Shown piece by piece: positions 11,725 through 22,402 of a stretch of 64,000 bases of DNA (positions are counted from its first letter, which is position 1; every line of letters begins with the position of its first letter). This DNA is from Leucoraja erinacea (taxonomy: Eukaryota): assembly GCF_028641065.1 (NCBI RefSeq), contig NC_073397.1:20894001-20958000 (forward strand), given 5' to 3'. Made by a program: the position numbers and the translations under genes. The notes beneath the pieces are model-generated. The model worked only from the letters and a program-made list of their open reading frames with translations. It ran no database searches and was not told the DNA's origin.

Positions 11725-14187
11725 TCAATTTAAACCGACCGTCTCATCCTTGTTGTCATCAGGGACAGAGACAGTGACTTGAAGAGACTGGTATGTCATC
11801 TTGTAATTGATACCATTGTTGTTGTCCCAGAACTCTACTCCATCAACACTGTACTTGATAGCAAACTGCAGGCAGGTGGCTGCCGGGAGCATGTGTGTAG
11901 TAGGATTCAGTGAGAATGTGAAGCGGTCCATTTTGCCATCAACATTGCTTTCAAATAGGGCTGAAACATCAGTGAAGAGACTCCAATCAGTGCAGGTATA
12001 ACGGACTGTCACCTCCTTATGGTATGCCAGGTTAATGACCAGGATGGTGCCACTGATAACCAGTTCTGACTCTGTCAATGCTTCCAGGCACACCTTCTGG
12101 CTATTCAGTCGTTCACTGAAGTTCTCATCGTCCTTGGGATTGGTGAATTCCATTTTGAAACGCTGCACCCATATCACATGTTCTGTGGGATCAGTGGCAC
12201 TGTAGCTGGCCAGGACATGTGATGGCACTGTTGGCTCTACTGATGAGTCAAAGTTTCGAACTTCTGTTAACTCTAAGCCTAATGAATCTGCAAATCTCAC
12301 CCTACTACTGCCATCGCTTCTGTTGCTCCCTCGCCTCTCTTCTGGGGAGCCCGGACATGATTTTGCTCGTTTCCGCACTGTCGGCTGTAACAGCCAGTCC
12401 CTTTTACCTGGACCAAGATGGGAGCCATCTTGTGCGCTATGCAAGTCATTCTGTGAGCTAAGCCCATCAGCCAAGTGCACACTATCACATAGGCCTGAGA
12501 TGTAACTCCGATTTTGCGTAAGGGTAATAAAGATCTGCTGTTCGAGTTCTGCTTTCTGAGTGGGGTCCAGGGACTCCACATCTTGGCATTTGAAAAACTT
12601 CATCTGTTGTTTGAAAGTCCTGCTGTCACTTGAGGGGACGTGAACACATTGCTCCAATCTCTTGCCCCAAGCTGATTTTGCATCCTGACACACGGTAGGC
12701 TTAATCTGCTCCATTGACTTTGTGGTTCTATACATAAATGATGATTTGGGTTGTACAGGTTGAAAACTCATCCCTTCTACATGCGCTTCTTCTTCTGATT
12801 CCAGCTTCAATTGCACAGCACTCTCAATACTTGGATCGAATGCCGGTTTCATTCCATTTGTCATGGGGTTGGTCAGCTCTGGCACTATGCCATTAACCTG
12901 AGCATGACCAATGTCTTTTTCCGATTCCTGATCGTTAACACTAAATTGGTTCTGCTTTTCTGGTCCTGAACTATCAACTGACTGGTTATCCTGGTTTAAC
13001 TCACCCTTCTTACCTAGCGTACACTGGTTGACCTTCTCTGACCCACTTTTCTTACCATGTGCACACTGAGGTATCTGCTCTAACCCATTACTCTTACTCA
13101 ATACCGGCTGCAAAACCTGGTTTAAATCATCAGGCAATGAAAACTGGGTGACTTGCTCCAAACTGCCTCTCTCACCCATTGTGAATTGGGTGAGGTGCTT
13201 TGAATTATCAATCTCACTCAGGGTATACTGGATAGATTGGGTGATACATTTTAAACCACCACTTTTACCCATTGCAGTTAGATTGGTGCCCTGCCCTAAA
13301 CCAACACCCTCACCCTCAGTGGACTGGGTGACCTGCTGTAAACCTACACCCTCACCCTCAGTGGACTGGGTGGACCGTCCTAAACCAACACCCTTTCCCA
13401 TAGTGGATTGGCTGATCTGTCCTACACCAACACCCTCACCCTTAGTGGACTGGGTGATCTGTCCTAAACCAGCACTCTCGCCCTTGGTGGACTGGGTGAT
13501 CTGTCCTAAACCAACACCATTACCCATTGTGAACTGAGTGATGTGCCCCACATCAACACCCTCACGAGACTGGGTGTTCTGCCCTACACCAACACCCTTA
13601 CCCACAACGTGCCTTAAACCAACACTCTCTCTCTTGGTGTACTGGGTGACCTGCCCTGAGCCTCCATCCTTACCCAGGGCGGACTGAGTGACCTGTGTTA
13701 TTCTTTTGCCCAACTCAAGCACAGAACTGACCTTTTCTAAGGTGGAAACAACTATTTGCTCCTTGCTTGACGGTGAAATCAAATTCAGACCTGCTGGTTT
13801 GATTCTTTGTTCTAATTCAGAATTGCCAACAACTACCATCTGGCTCTTCCCAGGTCTCACCACCTTATCCAGGGCTAACTGAATGCCTGACTCCGACCCA
13901 ACACATTTAACCGGGACAAACTGGGCGCCCTGCTCTAACCTGGTGTTACCTGAACCAGGTTGGGTGCCCAGCTCTGACCCGACGCCCCTGTCCTGCCCGG
14001 GCTGCCCAGGCCGTGATTCCCCGGCGGCTGACAGTTGTTTGACCCCCTTCTTCCAGCCCAGGACCTGCTGGATCTGGTTCCTGAATCCCATGCAGCGGTT
14101 TCCTGGGCCTGCCCGGGCTTCGGGCGCTTGCGGCGGGCGGCCCTGGACGGCGCCGGCTTCGCCCAGACTCTGGGAAGCTGCTGCCAT
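11725..14187 (-). CDS. PPP1R3D: Protein phosphatase 1 regulatory subunit 3D-like glycogen-targeting subunit (CBM21), intronless, 820 aa
   Basis: RKRAKSCPGSPE (cf. RRARSLPSSPE); RVxF motif RVRFADSLGLEL (RVRF at 12292-12303, aa 629-632); CBM21 FSERL..QKVCLE..ISGTILVINLAYHKEVTVRYT..W..FAIKY..EFWDNNNGINY. Strict orthology is uncertain; it could be a duplicate. Confidence 0.85.
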   Translation of the reverse strand: MAAASQSLGEAGAVQGRPPQAPEARAGPGNRCMGFRNQIQQVLGWKKGVKQLSAAGESRPGQPGQDRGVGSELGTQPGSGNTRLEQGAQFVPVKCVGSESGIQLALDKVVRPGKSQMVVVGNSELEQRIKPAGLNLISPSSKEQIVVSTLEKVSSVLELGKRITQVTQSALGKDGGSGQVTQYTKRESVGLRHVVGKGVGVGQNTQSREGVDVGHITQFTMGNGVGLGQITQSTKGESAGLGQITQSTKGEGVGVGQISQSTMGKGVGLGRSTQSTEGEGVGLQQVTQSTEGEGVGLGQGTNLTAMGKSGGLKCITQSIQYTLSEIDNSKHLTQFTMGERGSLEQVTQFSLPDDLNQVLQPVLSKSNGLEQIPQCAHGKKSGSEKVNQCTLGKKGELNQDNQSVDSSGPEKQNQFSVNDQESEKDIGHAQVNGIVPELTNPMTNGMKPAFDPSIESAVQLKLESEEEAHVEGMSFQPVQPKSSFMYRTTKSMEQIKPTVCQDAKSAWGKRLEQCVHVPSSDSRTFKQQMKFFKCQDVESLDPTQKAELEQQIFITLTQNRSYISGLCDSVHLADGLSSQNDLHSAQDGSHLGPGKRDWLLQPTVRKRAKSCPGSPEERRGSNRSDGSSRVRFADSLGLELTEVRNFDSSVEPTVPSHVLASYSATDPTEHVIWVQRFKMEFTNPKDDENFSERLNSQKVCLEALTESELVISGTILVINLAYHKEVTVRYTCTDWSLFTDVSALFESNVDGKMDRFTFSLNPTTHMLPAATCLQFAIKYSVDGVEFWDNNNGINYKMTYQSLQVTVSVPDDNKDETVGLN
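12950..13960 (-). repeat. Coding 42-bp (14-aa) tandem repeat within the PPP1R3D-like ORF
   Basis: Best copies at 13297-13625, consensus GVGLGQITQSTKGE; degenerate copies on both sides. Confidence 0.9.
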
Positions 14188-14420
14188 CGACGGTGCGGGC
14201 GGGCGGCGGCCACGGGCGCCGAGGCGGCTCCATCACCGCGTGCTTTGTGACCAACGTCGACACGTCAGCCGCCCAGTGGTCAGCCCGTCCACAGGGGGCG
14301 GTAGCGACGCTGTGCCGCCTTGGCCCAGTGGTCAGCCCGTCCACAGGGGGCGGTAGCGACGCTGTGCCGCCTTGGCCCAGTGGTCAGCCCGTCCATAGGG
14401 GGCGGTAGCGACGCTGTCCA
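13930..14420 (-). promoter_or_regulatory. CpG island / probable promoter of the PPP1R3D-like gene, including three 52-bp repeats (14271-14418)
   Basis: High CpG density spanning the ATG at 14187; repeat starts at 14271, 14323 and 14375, each containing CCA(C/T)AGGGGGCGGTAG. Confidence 0.7.
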
Positions 14421-14870
14421 CCAAAAAATCATATATATATGTATTAATATATTTAAAGATATGCATATATTTATATGTACATATTTATAAATATAATTGC
14501 CTTCATGGTTTATGTACATCATCTGAGAAATAAAATAAAGAGAGAAATAGAGCATAGCTTTAATCAAAAGTTGCTTCTGATCCATGAGAAGGAACTTTGA
14601 GATCTATTTATCTCTATCTTGCCTCTCACACATAGGCACACACACAAACACACATTCATATATATATATATACTAGGCTAAGTGGGACCCGTTGGGTCCC
14701 ATGTTCACACTGGAGGGCTGGTTCCCCAATGCAATATTCCACCTCTCCATCAATTCCAATATTGGTGGCCAATGGGGTGGGGCTTTCTGGAGTGCTAGTA
14801 TGGGTGACGTCGGCCGAAGGGACAGGTTTCCAGAGGGCTAGTATGGACATTGTGGGCCGAATGGATTCTT

Positions 14871-15330
14871 GGGCTGGCAGCTCAGTCACTCGGGCCTGGT
14901 GGGCTGGCAGCTCACTCACTCAGGCCTGGTGGGCTGGCAGCTCAGTTACTCAGGTCTGTTGGGCTGGCAGCTCAGTCACTTAGGCCTGGTAGGCTGGCAG
15001 CTCAGGGCTGGTGGGCTGGCAGCTCAGTCGTCAGGCCTGATGGGCTGGCAGCTCAGGCCTGGTGGGCTGGCAGCTTAGTCACTCTAGCCTGGTGGGCTGG
15101 CAGGTCAGTCACTCAGGCCTGGTGGACTGGCAGCTCAGTCACTCACAGCCTGGTGGGCTGGCAGCTCAGTCACTCACGGCTGGTGGACTGGCAGCAGTCA
15201 CTCACAGTTGGTGGACTGGCAGCTCAGTCACTCACGGCTGGTGGACTGGCAGCTGATTCATTCATGGCTGGTGGACTGGCAGTTGACTCACTCACGGCTG
15301 GTGGGCTGGCACACAAACACACGGCTGGTG
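14871..15330. repeat. 30-bp G-rich minisatellite, about 15 variant copies
   Basis: Unit ggtgggctggcagctcagtcactcaggcct. Confidence 0.9.
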
Positions 15331-15540
15331 CACACACAACACACACTCCATCCCACACTCACACATAGACACACACACTCCATCCCACACACACATACAC
15401 ACACACACTCCATCTCACACACACACACCCTCCATATCTCTCTCTCTCTCACACACACACAAACACACACACACACACACCCTCCATCTCACACACACAC
15501 ACACTCCCTCACACACACGCCCACCATCTCACACACTAAC
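15331..15540. repeat. (CA)/(CT)-rich compound microsatellite
   Basis: Direct inspection. Confidence 0.9.
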
Positions 15541-15542
15541 AT

Positions 15543-16440
15543 CCGGTAGGCGGCGCGACTCTGGTCAGCAGCGGCCTCTGCAGCCTGTCCGCGTTTTTAT
15601 TATTTTTTGTCTGTGTTTTTATGTAGTTTTTGTTATTTTATGTTGGGGTGTGTGTGTGGGGGGGCGGTGGTGGGGTGGGAGAGGGGGGGAAACTTTTGAA
15701 CCTCTCCCTGCACTGGAGACCCGACCTTTTCTCGTCGGGTCTCAGTTGTCGTTGGGGCCGCAACGAGGAGCGGCCTCCAACGGGAAGAAGCCGGGGACTC
15801 TGGTGCCGACTCACCGTCGCCGTCGTGGAGCTGGCCGAGACCGGAGCGGGTGGAGCGGTGGAGGAGCGCTGCCGCTGCCGCTGCCGCTGCTGCTGCTGCT
15901 GCTGCCGATGCCGCTGCTGCTGCTGATGCGAAGGCAGGCTGCTACTGCGGGTCTGCGGACGGCGGCACCGGGAGCCCGCGGATCCCTGGAGGGAGACCGC
16001 TTTTCGGGGCTCCTGCAACGGCGACTTCTCCCGCCCGAGTTGCGGGGTTGAAGAGCTCCTGGAGCGGGGCCTAACACCACTGCCCCGCGCGGCTGGAATG
16101 GCCGCGGGACTCTGCGAGCGCACACCGGGGGCTCCAACACCAAGACCCGGTGTGCGACCTCGCACCACCCGGCGTGGCTTTAATGGCCGCGGGACAATCG
16201 CCATCGCCAGCCGGGGGCTTTGACTTTGACTCTGACATCGGGGGGGGGGGGAGTGCAGTGGAGAGATAAGTTTTTTTTGGCCTTCCATCACAGCTATGTG
16301 ATGGATGTTTATGTAAAATGTAATTATGTTGTGTCTGGGGTCTATTTGTGTGTAATGTATGGCTGCAGAAACGGCATTTCATTTGGACCTCCAGGGGTCC
16401 AAATGAAAATTAAATAGACTATTGACTATTGACTATTGAC
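15543..16440 (+). mobile_element. GC-rich non-autonomous retroelement with the same architecture as 7872-8703, nested in the Helitron
   Basis: CCGGTAGGCGG 5' end, T-rich tract, G-run, GC-rich core with (gct)n, ccatcaca..tgtgatgg hairpin, (gactatt)n tail; flanking ACATC duplicated (15539-15543 / 16439-16443). Confidence 0.7.
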
Positions 16441-16509
16441 ATCACACAAAATATATATGACAGTAAAACTCTTGAATCTACTCACGCGGTTGAGCGCGGC
16501 CTCTCTCCT

Positions 16510-16800
16510 GAGCGGGATTTCTGCAGTGAGCGGGACTTCCTCAGTGAGCGGGTCTTCCGCAGTGAGCGGGACTACCCCAGTGAGCGGACATTGAGTTCAA
16601 GCAGCATAGTGCAGACCAACCCTTCAATTGAGTTCAAGCAGGACAGTGCAGACCAACCCCAATTCAGTTCAAGCAGGACAGTGCAGACCAACCCTTCAAT
16701 TCAGTTCAAGCAGCACAGTGCAGACCAACCCTTCAATTCAGTTCAAGCAGCGCAGTGCAGACCAACCCTTCACTTGAGTTCAAGCACAGTGCAGGCTAAC
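16510..16800. repeat. 18-bp repeat (about 4.5 copies) followed by a 37-bp repeat (about 6 copies), inside the Helitron
   Basis: Units tgagcgggacttcctcag and agttcaagcaggacagtgcagaccaacccttcaattc. Confidence 0.85.
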
Positions 16801-18149
16801 AGGTCACTCACAGTGTGGACTCATAGTTCTGGACTCAACTCTCACTCACGGTCTTCTGGGGTGACTGACTCACGTCTGGCCTCCGGGGCTTTATTCTCCT
16901 GGCCCCCCCGGAAGGGGCGTTACCTTCATCATTCTGACTGTCAGGCGAGAAGACCAATCTGCTGATCTCACGATTTTTTAAACATTCATAACTTTTTTAT
17001 TATTTCCGATCGGAAAAAACTTGGGGTGGTTGGAGGAGAGGAGGATGGTGAGTAAGATGGCGAAAAAGTCATAGCGCAGCGTTTATTTCATAAATTTATT
17101 AACAATGTAGACAGGAAGTGGTGAAGATGAGACTTTAAGTAAGAGTATAGATGTTAAATTTGTGCATAGTGTGTGTTAAAGCAATACAAGGGAAACTGCA
17201 CAAGGGAAGGGGTGGGGGCTGGTGAGGAACGATGGGAGGGAATTGGATAGAAACAGATAGATTAAGCAGGGGGAAAACATGTAAAAAGAAAATTAACTAA
17301 AATATGTGAATTGACAGATGAGATATATCACACACATGCTGTTCCACTGCAACACTGATTACACCAAAGATACTAGGGATTACACTGCGAGGGGTATAAA
17401 GGAAGTCGTGTTTTGCATTTCAAGATGGCGGCCGTTACGCTCCGTTATGTACTACACCTCAGTGCATTGGATTACGCAGGAGTGGAGTATCTTGCTCCGC
17501 TCTATGATCTTTTGCTGTCCACTGCCTACAGGGGCAGCAGTGGAGTGGTGCCACCCTCCCACTGGGCGCCAGCTCTCGGTACCCCTTACACAGCCCCACT
17601 TCCTCAAGGCTCGCTCGTTGTGATACCAACTCTTTGCATTTCATTGCGCTTACACCTTCCACTAAATTTTGTTCACGTTCACGATTTTAAGTCTTGCCTT
17701 GATTCTCTTAACCAGGACTTATTGGCTCCATTATTATTTTTAAACATTGAGTGTAATGTGGAGGTACAGCGGTTTAGAGAAGATCCAGTGTTTTGTGTTG
17801 ATGAGCACATCATTCTATCTTGTGTCACTCCTTTAGCACCATGTCATATTTGCAACATCATTCACTCTGCCAATCCTTTTTTACACCTCCAAGCCTTTTC
17901 CTAGCTTCTATGTCATCCACTAATGTGGAACCCTTGTAATTCATAAGTAATAGAAGAGGCAGTGATCCCAGTACTGATCCCTGGTAATGCCATTCAACAG
18001 ATTTGTTCACCAGCATTCTCTGGTTTTTGTCTTCAAGCCAATTTCATTTTCGTGGTGTATTCATATTCATTCAATTACAAAGGAAGCTCACCAACAGCTT
18101 GTTTTCCTCAGACGTTTGTGGTGATTCAGCATGTCGTCAAATACTCTAT

Positions 18150-18665
18150 CATACCTCTTCAGACGTATAGTGGAAAGCCTGCAGCTGGTTACATCACTGC
18201 CTGGTTCAGAATCCAAACATCCAAGAGTAGCGGAAGCTGAAGAAAATGATGGATATTGCCTGGTCCATCATGTGCACTGACCTTCCCCCTCGATGGGATC
18301 TACAAGAAGCACTATCACAGGAAGGCAGCGAATGTCATCAAACACCCACACCACCCTGGCCAAGCTCCCATCTCACTACTACCATCAGAAAGAAGCCTGA
18401 CACATTACATCAGTTTAAAGAACAACATCTTCCCATCAACCATAAGGCCTTTGAACCACATTGAAAAACCCTAACCCCAACCCTACATCAGCACTGAACT
18501 ATAATGGGCCTTATACTATTAAGGTTGCACTACATATGATAGCTTGAACTAGTCTAACTTAGTTGATGGGTTGTTGTTGGGTTGTGCCAGTAAAGATGCA
18601 GCAAGTAAGAATGTTGTTGTTTCGGTCCTGCTGCATACGGCGATTGAACAGGTATTTGACTCTTG
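18150..18665 (+). mobile_element. Rex1/Babar LINE 3' fragment
   Basis: gctggttacatcactgcctggttc...IYKKHYHRKAANVIKHPHHPG..LKNNIFPSTIR; gcaagtaagaat 3' UTR. Confidence 0.65.
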
Positions 18666-19654
18666 GTGTATGATTCCATGTCACAACTTTACTCACCAAC
18701 TTTTATTTGGGACTTTGTAATGAACACCTGAAAATTCATGTATATGGTCCCAATGGTATTTAATAATTTATTTTTATTTTACATGATCAAAAAGGAACTC
18801 AATCAGATCAATCAAACACTTCTCTCTACTGGCTCTGCTTTGGTGACTTGAAGCTATTCTTGTTTTATCCAGTTATTGTCTTTAAAATCCTTCCCCACAA
18901 ACGGGGTAAACTGATGCCTTGCAGCTTCCTGGGCATGTGATAGGAGTTATATAGATATCAAGCATGGAAACAAATCCTACAACCCACACATCTATTCCAG
19001 CCATTATGTAATTGTCTCTATTAAATCACACTTTCCAGCACTCAGCTGGTGGCTTTCTATGCTTCATGAGCTCAATGGGGCTACAAAAGCTCAACCATGT
19101 ATTACTAAAATGTTGTGAAACCACCGGCCTCCACGAGCCACTCAGGCAGTGCTTTCCAGATTTCAGCCTTTCTCTGCGAAAAACAAAATCCACATATATT
19201 CTTTAAATAACTATTTGCTTTTATATTCTGTCCCATACCCCATCTTAACCATCTCTGCTGCCACCATCAGGGATCCTTGGATATTCCTTTGTTCCTCAGT
19301 ACTTCCCAAAGGCTGTATAAATGTACATATTGTACGCATCTTATTATGCCTCCCAAAATCAATCACTTTACATTTTCAAGATTAATTTCCAACTGGCATT
19401 GCTCTTCCCCTCTTACTAACTCATCCATATTGCTCTGCAGTCAATGTCCAGCCTGCTCATTCTTAATAATACCACCATTTTTATTGTAATCTTTACATAT
19501 CAGATTTCCTGCTGACATGTCAACCCCAGTATTGATCTATGTGATACACCACTGGTGACAGTTTTCAACCATCAGCCTCTGTCTCTTACCACCAAGCCAA
19601 TTTTAGTCCCAATTTACCAAATTACTCTGGATCATGTGAGCTTTTATATTCTAG

Positions 19655-20410
19655 GATTAATTAGAGGTAGTCAGCATGGCTTCATACATACTAACTTGAT
19701 CGAGTTTTATGATGTGGTAATGAAGGTGATCGATGAGGGCAGGATAAATATATTGTCTACATGGATTTTAATAAGGCATTTTATAAAGTTTCCCCATGGT
19801 CGGCTGATGGAGAAGATTAAGATGCATTAAATTAATAGTGACTTGATTGTATAGATTTGGAACTGGCTTACTATAGAAGAGAGAGTTGTGGTGGAAAGAC
19901 AATATTCAGGCTGGAGGTCTGTAACCAGTTTAGTTTCCATTCATTTCATTTCATGTTGTTTAGATATATAGAGTGGAAACAGGCCCTTCGGTTTACAGAG
20001 TCCACATGGACCACAATCACCCATGCACTAGTTCTATCCGACACAAGGGACAATTTACAGGAGCCCGTTAACCTACAAACCTGTATGTCCTAGGGATGTG
20101 GAAGGAAACCAAGCACCCGGAGAAAACCCACATGATCACAGCTACCCCCAGTTCTGCAGGGATCTGTGCTGGGACCTCTGCTGTTTGTGATAGATATAAA
20201 TGACCTAGACATAAATGTAGAAGGGTTGGTGAGTAGGTTTGATGATGACACCAAAATTGGAGCAGATGAAGACAGCGAGGAATTCTGTTCAGAGGATATA
20301 GCGGGATAGATCAGTCCCACCTTGGTCACTCCATCTTCCTCCCTCTCCAGCACATTTTGCACAGACATTGTGGGCAGAAGGGCCTGTTTTAGTGCATTAC
20401 TCTTCTATTT
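19655..20410 (+). mobile_element. CR1 RT fragments with a nested minus-strand SINE (about 19950-20140)
   Basis: LIRGSQHGF..TNLIEFYD; PQGSVLGP-like and DDTKIG remnants. Confidence 0.65.
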
Positions 20411-20989
20411 AAACTGGTCTCCCATGTGAACATCACCCATGTAGACTACATCAACCGCTCTACTCTCATTGACACACTTAGTGATATCCTCAAAAATGTA
20501 ATCAAATTAATCAGACTGAATCTCTCAATAAGAAAGACATGCTTAAACTCCTTGGTTAATCCCGGCCTCTCCAAATGCAGATTAATTTAGTCCCTCAGAT
20601 ATTTTCTGACATTTAATTCACCAGCCTTGCCTGTCCCTGCTGCCCTTGAATAAACATACATTTGCAAATGCACATTCATTTGACACTTCTGTAACCAAAG
20701 AGGTTAAACATTCTCTCAGTTCCCCAGCAACCTTCATTTTTGTCTAACTGAGGATTTACATCCTGAGGATCTATCCACCTTTAAGCCTGCTGAGATATAT
20801 GATACTCCATCATTTCCAATGGGAATTAAAATTCCACTATTCCACTCCCTAAATTCTCCAACTACAATATTGTTCCCCGTTCTGTCAATGGATGAGCGAG
20901 TGATATTAATGAAAAAAGATATTGGTAGTGGAATACATTTTATTGATGATTATAAAGATACTATTGATGATGGGTATAATGGGTTGATG

Positions 20990-21355
20990 GGTTGAAAGGC
21001 CTGGATAGAGTGAATGTGGAGAGGATGTTTCCACTAGTGGGAGAATCTAGGACCAGAGGTCATACTGTAGCCTTACAATAAATTGATGTACCGTTAGAAA
21101 GGAGATGAGAAGGAATTTCTTTAGTCAGAGGGTGGTTAATCTGTGGAATTCATTGCGCCGAGGGCCAAGTCAATGGATATTTTTAAGGCATAGATTGACA
21201 GTTCTTTGATTAGTAAGGGTGTCAGGGGTTATGAGGCGAAGGCAGGAGAATGGGGCTGAGAGGGAAAGATAGATCAGCCATGATTGAATGGTGGAGTAGA
21301 CTTGATGGGCCGGCTGGCCTTATTCTGCTCCTAGAATTTATGAACTTAAGAACTT
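20990..21355 (+). mobile_element. CR1 LINE 3' end
   Basis: ggatgtttccactagtgggagaatctaggaccagagg...gatcagccatgattgaatgg tail. Confidence 0.75.
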
Positions 21356-22402
21356 ATGAAGTATTTCACAAAAATTGGATTTTGTGAATGTTTGGACAGA
21401 TTGTTTAATTGACATAAATGGATTATGTAAAACATTTATTAGTGAATGGTAGGGTTATACCAATCCATAAAGTTTGTGTAAAAGATTATATCAAATGGTG
21501 TATATTAATGGAGATACAAGAAACCCCGGGTGCTGCACTCTTGAGCAAAACACAAAGTGCTAGAGGAACTCAGTGTGTCAGGCAGCAACTGTGAACGGAA
21601 TCGACTGGCAATGTTTTGGACCAAGGCCCTCCTTCAGTGAGATTAATGATACATTATACAATTTATTATTTCTCTCCCATAAAAGAAAAAAGTAACCCTT
21701 TCTGCAACACCTGTTATATTAATGGTGATGCATTATTTTAATGGCTGTGGCCATTATATTGCTGCTGTTATATACAATATGTATGGAGTTATAGAATTCA
21801 CTGCAATACCCTGGGGGTTTATTAACGAGACGTTATACAAACTGTTGCTTTGCTCCTATAAAAGAAAGAAAAAATTCCCTTGCTGTAAAAACAGTTCATG
21901 AGCCAAGTTCTAAAAGTTGGGCCAAATTAAATGTCTTGGCAAGACAGCCTCAGGAGAATGTAATGCTGTTTTCTCAGGAATGTCCTTAGAACCCGCAAAT
22001 ATGCAGATTAGGCACTGGCAGTGAGCCTCAGAGCATCTGCAAAATTTAAGGCTATAAACAATACAGTTCTGACAGACAAACAACAATAAATTGACAAGCT
22101 GATAGACATTACAGAGGTCTATACTTGAAGAATGCTACTGCCTGTGATAATGTCTTAGCTGTCCTCAAGCTTCAAACATTGATTCTTTTGGTGGGGAAAA
22201 GGGTATAAAGGAAACTGTGCTTGGTGAAGAGAGGAAATGATTAAATACAAATGGACAGCAAAAATTATATCCTTGCCCTAGGTTTCCTTTGGGAAGATAA
22301 TGACATAGTAATAAACTGAAGAATGGAAAGATGATTATTATATTGAAAAAGTATGGAGGCAAAACAGACTGCAGCAGCTAGTGTGGCTGAGTTCAATGCA
22401 GT

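Larger units (their letters stand above)
14673..17151 (-). mobile_element. Complete non-autonomous Helitron
   Basis: 5' A|TCTATACTCTTACTTAAAGTCTC at 17151; 3' hairpin GGGACCCAACGGGTCCC, then ACTTAGC-CTAG|T at 14673; inserted between A and T with no TSD. Confidence 0.8.

Noticed and set aside
13148-13537. Antisense ORF with repeated VDWVICPKPTP units
   Set aside because: Shadow of the 42-bp coding repeat on the opposite strand.
14729-16965. Multiple 60-217 aa ORFs (GGLAAQSL repeats, polyQ/polyA/polyC, SERDF repeats)
   Set aside because: They arise from minisatellites and a GC-rich element inside a Helitron; no domain signal.
17390-17440. TATA-like GTATAAA plus a YY1 motif CAAGATGGCGGC as a promoter
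   Set aside because: No associated exon; probably part of a small repeat.
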